64,000 nucleotides of DNA, from positions 448,001 to 512,000 of the forward strand of contig CAWFOU010000001.1 of assembly GCA_963817525.1 (NCBI GenBank). The letters are read 5' to 3'. The notes under the pieces are model-generated. The model saw only the letters and a program-made list of their open reading frames with translations. It did not search any database and was not told the DNA's origin. This stretch comes from an uncultured archaeon. Its GTDB lineage: Archaea > Thermoproteota > Nitrososphaeria > Nitrososphaerales > Gagatemarchaeaceae. Below, in pieces: positions 58,953 to 64,000 of this stretch. Position 1 is the first letter of the stretch. Each line of letters opens with the position of its first letter. A program made the translations under genes and the position numbers.

Positions 58953-60571
58953 GGGTTGAACCCTTCGCGCATCTCCGCCTGCATCACGAGTCCGGCCTTG
59001 CCAAGGTCCTCGCGAGCGCGCTCAAAGATCTCGTTCGAGTGGGCCCTGTACTCCTCGAAGATGAGCGAGAGCTCCCTGAAGTTGCGTATCTCCCTCTGCT
59101 GCGCCCACCTGAGGACGATGCTCCTCCTTTCAATCTCGGACATCAACTCCGGTATCGTGGTGCCGGTATCCCTCGCGAGCCTAGCCAGCTTCACGCTCGT
59201 CTTCATCGGCGAAGCCAACTGCTTGTCGCTCCCGGGGTCCCACTTGAACATGCGCACGTAGCTGCCCACGCTGACGACCTCGTCTACCGAGAGGACGCGC
59301 CTCATGGTCCTAAAGCCGCCGCCCGCAATGGGGATTGCTATCCTTCTCACTGTGAACACAAGGTCTAGGAACGGAATGAAAGACGGAGGAACGTCCATAG
59401 GCTTAGAGGTGAGGCGTTGGATGGCTGAGGTGACGTCGTCCGCGTGGAGCGTGCAGAGGCCTCCGTGACCAGTGCTAATCGCCTGGAAGAGGACGTAGGC
59501 TTCTTCGCCCCTGACCTCTCCCACCACCAGGATGTCTGGTCTCATTCTCATGGTTGCCTTCACCAGCTGGAAAAGGCCTACCTCTCCGCTGGTATCGTCC
59601 CCTGTGCCGTAGCTCTCGCGCGAGACGAGCGCCGACCAGTTCTGATGGGCGATGTTGATCTCCTGGACTTCCTCGATTGTGACGATCTTAGAATTCATCC
59701 TCGTGAGCGTCAAGAGGGCGTTCAGCAGTGTCGTCTTGCCAGAGCCCGTGGACCCACAGACGATAGCCGTCGCCCGGTTCTCCATCAGGAGCCAGACGTA
59801 GGCTGCGAGGTTGTGGTCTATGACGTTGAGATTCATCATGTCGATGATGGTCAAGGGGTCCTCACGGAACTTCCTGATTGTGAGCGTGCCCCCGTATGGC
59901 GAGATCTCCCTCCTGTAGGTGGCGGCCAGACGATGCCTTCCGGGAAGCGTGCCCTGGACTATCGGGAAGGCAGTCGAGACGTGCTTTCCGGCCATGTGCG
60001 CGAGTCTGGCGATGGTGTTGTCCAGCTCTTCATCGTGGAGGAAGTTCAGGTTTGTCTCGATGTTGTCGTATCTCCTATGGAAGATGAAGAGGGGTTTGCC
60101 GACACCGTCCACCGTTATGTCCTCGATCTGAGTGTCGCGCATGACTCCGTCGATGACGCCGAACCCGACAAGGTCCCTCTCCGCAAAATAGTTGATCTTC
60201 GGCCACGAAAGCTGAGATGCCTTGATCGAATATTTCGTGACTAGCCGCTTTGCCTGCTCTAGGAAGTAGGCGCGAGGATCAATCTCCGACCTCGGGACGG
60301 TAAGCTCGCTCTCCAACGTCTCTAGAAGGTAGGTGTAGATTGACGCTTCCCTCTGGGACAGGACGACCTCGTCTACAAAGTATTTCTTCGTCCCGTTGCC
60401 CGGATCCTCGGCGATTACGGCATAGGCGAAAGGGGCGTTGAGCGGATACTTGTCAATCACCTTCCACGATGGCGAGAGAGGGGCCCCGACGAACGGATAG
60501 CGTGTGACTGTCTTAACCTGCTTGGACCCAGGAGCGTTCGGGCCCTTCTTTCCGAACGGTAGGCTAACCAA
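58949..60571 (-). CDS. Type IV pilus assembly ATPase (FlaI/VirB11 family)
   Basis: TIRKF, GSTGSGKTT, TIEE, RMRPD..VVGEVRGEEA and TGHGGLCTLHA. Confidence 0.95.
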   Translation of the reverse strand: MVSLPFGKKGPNAPGSKQVKTVTRYPFVGAPLSPSWKVIDKYPLNAPFAYAVIAEDPGNGTKKYFVDEVVLSQREASIYTYLLETLESELTVPRSEIDPRAYFLEQAKRLVTKYSIKASQLSWPKINYFAERDLVGFGVIDGVMRDTQIEDITVDGVGKPLFIFHRRYDNIETNLNFLHDEELDNTIARLAHMAGKHVSTAFPIVQGTLPGRHRLAATYRREISPYGGTLTIRKFREDPLTIIDMMNLNVIDHNLAAYVWLLMENRATAIVCGSTGSGKTTLLNALLTLTRMNSKIVTIEEVQEINIAHQNWSALVSRESYGTGDDTSGEVGLFQLVKATMRMRPDILVVGEVRGEEAYVLFQAISTGHGGLCTLHADDVTSAIQRLTSKPMDVPPSFIPFLDLVFTVRRIAIPIAGGGFRTMRRVLSVDEVVSVGSYVRMFKWDPGSDKQLASPMKTSVKLARLARDTGTTIPELMSEIERRSIVLRWAQQREIRNFRELSLIFEEYRAHSNEIFERAREDLGKAGLVMQAEMREGFNP

Positions 60572-60951
60572 GGAGCCGCACCCAAACGCGCACGTGTCCC
60601 AGGCAGCTCTCGTCGAAGGCTACAAGATTCGGCATAGTAATCGTCAATTCAGCCCTCAAACTTTTGTTTTGCGCCCTCTTAGTCATAAATATCTTATGCA
60701 CTAAGAATCCATTCTGCGAGTTTTCCAATAGACCCAACGAGCTGGACAATTGTCCGGGCGACAAGTCCTTGCCTCCCTCCCGCTTGCCAATCGAGGAGAA
60801 GTTCTTAGGGCGACCCAGTCAAAATCTGACGAAGATGCTATGCATATGCTATATAATCGATATATATCCCAGAATACAAGCGATATGTCGAAGAAATGCG
60901 GGTCCAGATAATGCCAGGTAGATTGAGCGCTGTTGCGGCGGATGGCAAAAT

Positions 60952-61269
60952 ATGAGAAGAGCACTGGTCACTCTCCCCAACGGAGTCTGGAAAGTAATTG
61001 ACAAGGAACTGAAGGGAAGCCTTGGCGACGGGGATTCCGAGGTCATCCGCAACCTGGTCATAGCACATCTAACTGAGAAGGGTTATCTTGTGCCATCGAA
61101 AGAGCAGTCCGATCAGGTCCTCCATATAGCGGACGAGTTCAAAATGCTCGATACGATGATTACGTCCCTTGTAGAGGTGATGGAGGAAAGAGGGCAAATC
61201 AAGTATTCAGACTGGGAAGCCAGGATGAAAAAGAAGATCCATGAAAGACCGAGTTTTGGTAACGAGTAA
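60952..61269 (+). CDS. Ribbon-helix-helix (CopG-like) regulator, divergent from the ATPase
   Basis: MRR..VTLP......I....G..G..DSEVIRN.V. Confidence 0.7.
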   Translation: MRRALVTLPNGVWKVIDKELKGSLGDGDSEVIRNLVIAHLTEKGYLVPSKEQSDQVLHIADEFKMLDTMITSLVEVMEERGQIKYSDWEARMKKKIHERPSFGNE

Positions 61270-61413
61270 TTTTGGAGATTTCGATGACCGCACGCGCTGT
61301 TTTCCATTTACCATCTCGCCCCGGTACGACAATCGCCCGGCTCTTGATGCACCTTGTCACCTTCCTGCAATCGGGCAATACGCCGCGGAATCGACCCAGG
61401 ACTAGGTCCCCAA

Positions 61414-62691
61414 TCAGCTGGGATTCGGGCTAGGTTGTGGATACTCCGTCGAACCGCCAAGCTCTTGAACCGCTATTAGCAAAAACAAAAACGCGAGCGG
61501 CAGGATGAACTGAAACGGGCCCTCTGATATGGTAACGCTCAGCAATGCGACTGCAATCGCAAGAATCAAGTTGAGCTTTCTTGTGACGGACGCGAAGATT
61601 AACGCGTACACGGGGACAAAGTAATACCCAAGCGCGGGAGTCGCGAAGTCTGAGTAGAGTAATAGGCACACAAGCAAGGAGTAGATGCATAGAATCTGAA
61701 GGAAGTTTTGCGAACGTCTGCACACGTACAGGGCGGGCGCTAGGAGCAGCAGGAGGAGCGGCAAGAGAAAACTGGCAATTTGGTTCAGCCTTCCCGTGAC
61801 CAAGGAAGCCGCAAACTCCTTCAGGTTTACCACGCTACCACAGAGCGTGCCCGTGTACAGACCTGGAATCGTCTGAAGCCCGCACGTTCCAGCAGAGTTG
61901 AGCTGGTAACTTGGGGCGTTCGCTATGCTGGATGCAACCGGCTGGGCAGGTTCAAGGGGGCCCAGATTTACCTGAAAGTAGTTCAACGAACCGATGTAGT
62001 CCCTGGGCGCCAATATCAGGAATGGTAGCGAAACGACGACAACGATTGCGACGAAGAGTCCGATACCCCTTGGCAAGCTCGGCTTGTATTCTATGAGATA
62101 CAGCAAGAAGTACGCTGGCATGATGAACAAGGCTTCTTGTTTGAACATGACCGCCACGGCAAGGGCTGCAAACGAGGCGACGGGCCTGTTGTCCTCGAAG
62201 AGAAACACCGCAAGGAGCAGGAAAAAGGTCATCGGCTGACTGCTGAGCCACAGATAGCCTTCGTAGTACAGCACGAAAGGCGCGAAAGCGTAAACCATCC
62301 CTGCGCCAAGCGCAACCTTATTTCCGCCGCTTTTCTTGGCGACGACGTAGACCACCACTGACGTGGCGCTATCCGAGAGAATGATGGGAATGGAAGCCGC
62401 CTTGGCCCCGGCCGCGGCGAAGAAAGGATAGAGGGTGTAGAGGAAAAGCGGCGTGTACTTGTAGGTGTAGAAGTCGCGGTATGGCAGGAGCCCCTTCTGC
62501 ACGTAATCTAACCACTGCGCATAGATTACGTAGAAGTCGTCCCAGGTGCTCAGAGGAGAATCAGGAAAGCCCCGCACCCCGTATCGCAGCTGAAGAACGG
62601 AGAGAACGGCTCTGACGCCCAATGCTAAGCCGAATAATGCGATTGTCTCCTTCGTTATCCAACCGTGTCCAATCTCTCGCGCTCGGACCAT
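61414..62691 (-). CDS. GT-C membrane glycosyltransferase (GT87/PIG-M-like)
   Basis: DDF..Y, LPYRDF...Y.PL, AV.FKQ and SLPF; many TM segments. Confidence 0.8.
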   Translation of the reverse strand: MVRAREIGHGWITKETIALFGLALGVRAVLSVLQLRYGVRGFPDSPLSTWDDFYVIYAQWLDYVQKGLLPYRDFYTYKYTPLFLYTLYPFFAAAGAKAASIPIILSDSATSVVVYVVAKKSGGNKVALGAGMVYAFAPFVLYYEGYLWLSSQPMTFFLLLAVFLFEDNRPVASFAALAVAVMFKQEALFIMPAYFLLYLIEYKPSLPRGIGLFVAIVVVVSLPFLILAPRDYIGSLNYFQVNLGPLEPAQPVASSIANAPSYQLNSAGTCGLQTIPGLYTGTLCGSVVNLKEFAASLVTGRLNQIASFLLPLLLLLLAPALYVCRRSQNFLQILCIYSLLVCLLLYSDFATPALGYYFVPVYALIFASVTRKLNLILAIAVALLSVTISEGPFQFILPLAFLFLLIAVQELGGSTEYPQPSPNPS

Positions 62692-62799
62692 CGTCAGCCA
62701 GACCTCGCTCGACGGTTAGGAGCTACCGGCGCCTGACCGCTATCGTCCATCGACCCTCCCCTCAACCATGACAATTGCGCTAAGGCCCCTCAGCTTTCT

Positions 62800-63663
62800 C
62801 TATCCCCACTCTCTCGGATACCTCCAGTCTGAGCCGTGGGAACGAGAGCTTAGCTTGAAGACAACTGGAGGATAGCGTTTGTGCTGGGTTCTCCGCACCT
62901 GATCGATGATGCGCTCGACGTTCGACATCGGAATTCCTAGCTCGGCGGCTATCGATTCGCCGTCCCAGCCCAGGTCGAATCGGCGAAAGAGAATCCTGTC
63001 GAGAGTAGGATAGTCGATACCCAACTCAGACTCCGCGGACTGCCCTTCCCATAGCGCCGGCGACGGCAACTTGAGGAATACCCTCTTCGGAATGCCCACC
63101 TCCGCAGCTATTTGTCTGACCTGAGACTTGTAAACGTCGCCGATCGGAAGGAGGTCAGCGCCTCCGTCTCCGAACTTGGTGAAATATCCGATTGTGATCT
63201 CCGACTTGTCCCCTGTTCCGATGACTAGGCCTGACAGGGCGCCGGCGAAGCCGTGAAGCAATATCATTCGCACTCTTGCCTTGATGTTGGCAATCGTTAG
63301 TCTATCTTGTCGTCGTCCGAGCGAGGAGGCAAGCTCCTCGACGTGCCTGTCGATTGATATCGTATGGCAGTTATCTTCGGGGATCCCGAGCACCTCGATG
63401 ATGCCGTTAGCATCCTCTATGTCTTCCTGCGGGGTCGATTCGCTGGGAAGCAGGTAAAGGTGGGTGTTCAGCCGTCCGATGGCCTTGGTGGACAGGTAGG
63501 CTACCAAAGCCGAATCGACGCCGCCGCTGAGCCCGATGATCGCCTGGCCCCTCCCCGAGTATTCGTTTATGTACAACGCGATGCGTCTTGCAAGGTAGTC
63601 CGTCACCCTGGCGGTGTTGACCTTTAGTTCGCGCGGCACGATTTCGTCGAGCCGAGGGGTCAT
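62800..63663 (-). CDS. nadE: NAD+ synthetase
   Basis: GLSGGVDSA, NIKARVRM, GTGDKSE..GYFTKFGDG and PS..LW.GQ..E. Confidence 0.95.
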   Translation of the reverse strand: MTPRLDEIVPRELKVNTARVTDYLARRIALYINEYSGRGQAIIGLSGGVDSALVAYLSTKAIGRLNTHLYLLPSESTPQEDIEDANGIIEVLGIPEDNCHTISIDRHVEELASSLGRRQDRLTIANIKARVRMILLHGFAGALSGLVIGTGDKSEITIGYFTKFGDGGADLLPIGDVYKSQVRQIAAEVGIPKRVFLKLPSPALWEGQSAESELGIDYPTLDRILFRRFDLGWDGESIAAELGIPMSNVERIIDQVRRTQHKRYPPVVFKLSSRSHGSDWRYPREWG

Positions 63664-64000
63664 AGGTCTCGGAGTACCTCGTGAAACCCTGCCCTATAGT
63701 CTCTGAATGAGGAATATCTCCTAGCCCTCTTCACCTCGTCCAAGTCGATGTCGGTTATGAGCAAATCGCTCACATCCTTCTTCGCTCTGACCACCACATC
63801 TCCCGTTGGAGACACCAGCGTCGACCCACCCCAGAAAAACTCCTCGTCTTCTGCCCCTACGCGGTTCACGAAGGCGACGAACACGTTGCTCATCAACGCG
63901 TGTGCCCTCAATAGCGACAGCCATTGGGATTCGATGGGTAGAACGCCGCTAGGCTCGCTCCTCCCTATCCCTCGTGCAGGAGACGAGGCAAGGCAGAATA
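63660..64000 (-). CDS. Nitrilase/carbon-nitrogen hydrolase family protein (C-terminal part; 5' end outside the window)
   Basis: W..LLRAHA, FVNRVG.E...FWGGS..V.P.G. Confidence 0.85.
   Translation of the reverse strand, partial: FCLASSPARGIGRSEPSGVLPIESQWLSLLRAHALMSNVFVAFVNRVGAEDEEFFWGGSTLVSPTGDVVVRAKKDVSDLLITDIDLDEVKRARRYSSFRDYRAGFHEVLRDL

Noticed and set aside
57222-60571. Archaellum (flaI/flaJ) operon
   Set aside because: No flaH, flaF, flaG, archaellins or chemotaxis genes recognised; better read as a pilus system

Overview
GC-rich archaeal chromosomal segment. The archaeal call rests on arcTGT, type II GAPDH, L38e, PAC2, a presenilin homolog and class III signal peptides. A TACK lineage, plausibly a non-ammonia-oxidising Nitrososphaerota, is my inference and not a database result. 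The left ~40 kb is mostly housekeeping: intein-containing Mrp/NBP35, moaABCDE/moeA/mocA, gatCAB-aspS, tgtA, glyA, gap, uppP and ftsZ. Small accessory inserts are mixed in: a secreted-protein pair, a solo TnpB, two vapBC modules and a beta-helix protein. The segment 41.4-62.7 kb is a type IV pilus-like locus with an ATPase, a TadC/FlaJ-like protein, an Ig-repeat surface protein, a small pilin, regulators and a GT-C glycosyltransferase. Its most striking feature is two giant pilin-tailed adhesins with an apparently nested ('matryoshka') domain architecture: four N-halves are stacked first and four matching C-halves follow, with an optional tip domain between them. A paralogous family of small CxxC..H-x4-H proteins brackets the cassette, and a dispersed (RTCGAY)n palindrome occurs after several gene ends. 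Several single-base frameshifts sit in homopolymers and are probably sequencing errors. No rRNA, tRNA or CRISPR array was recognised.
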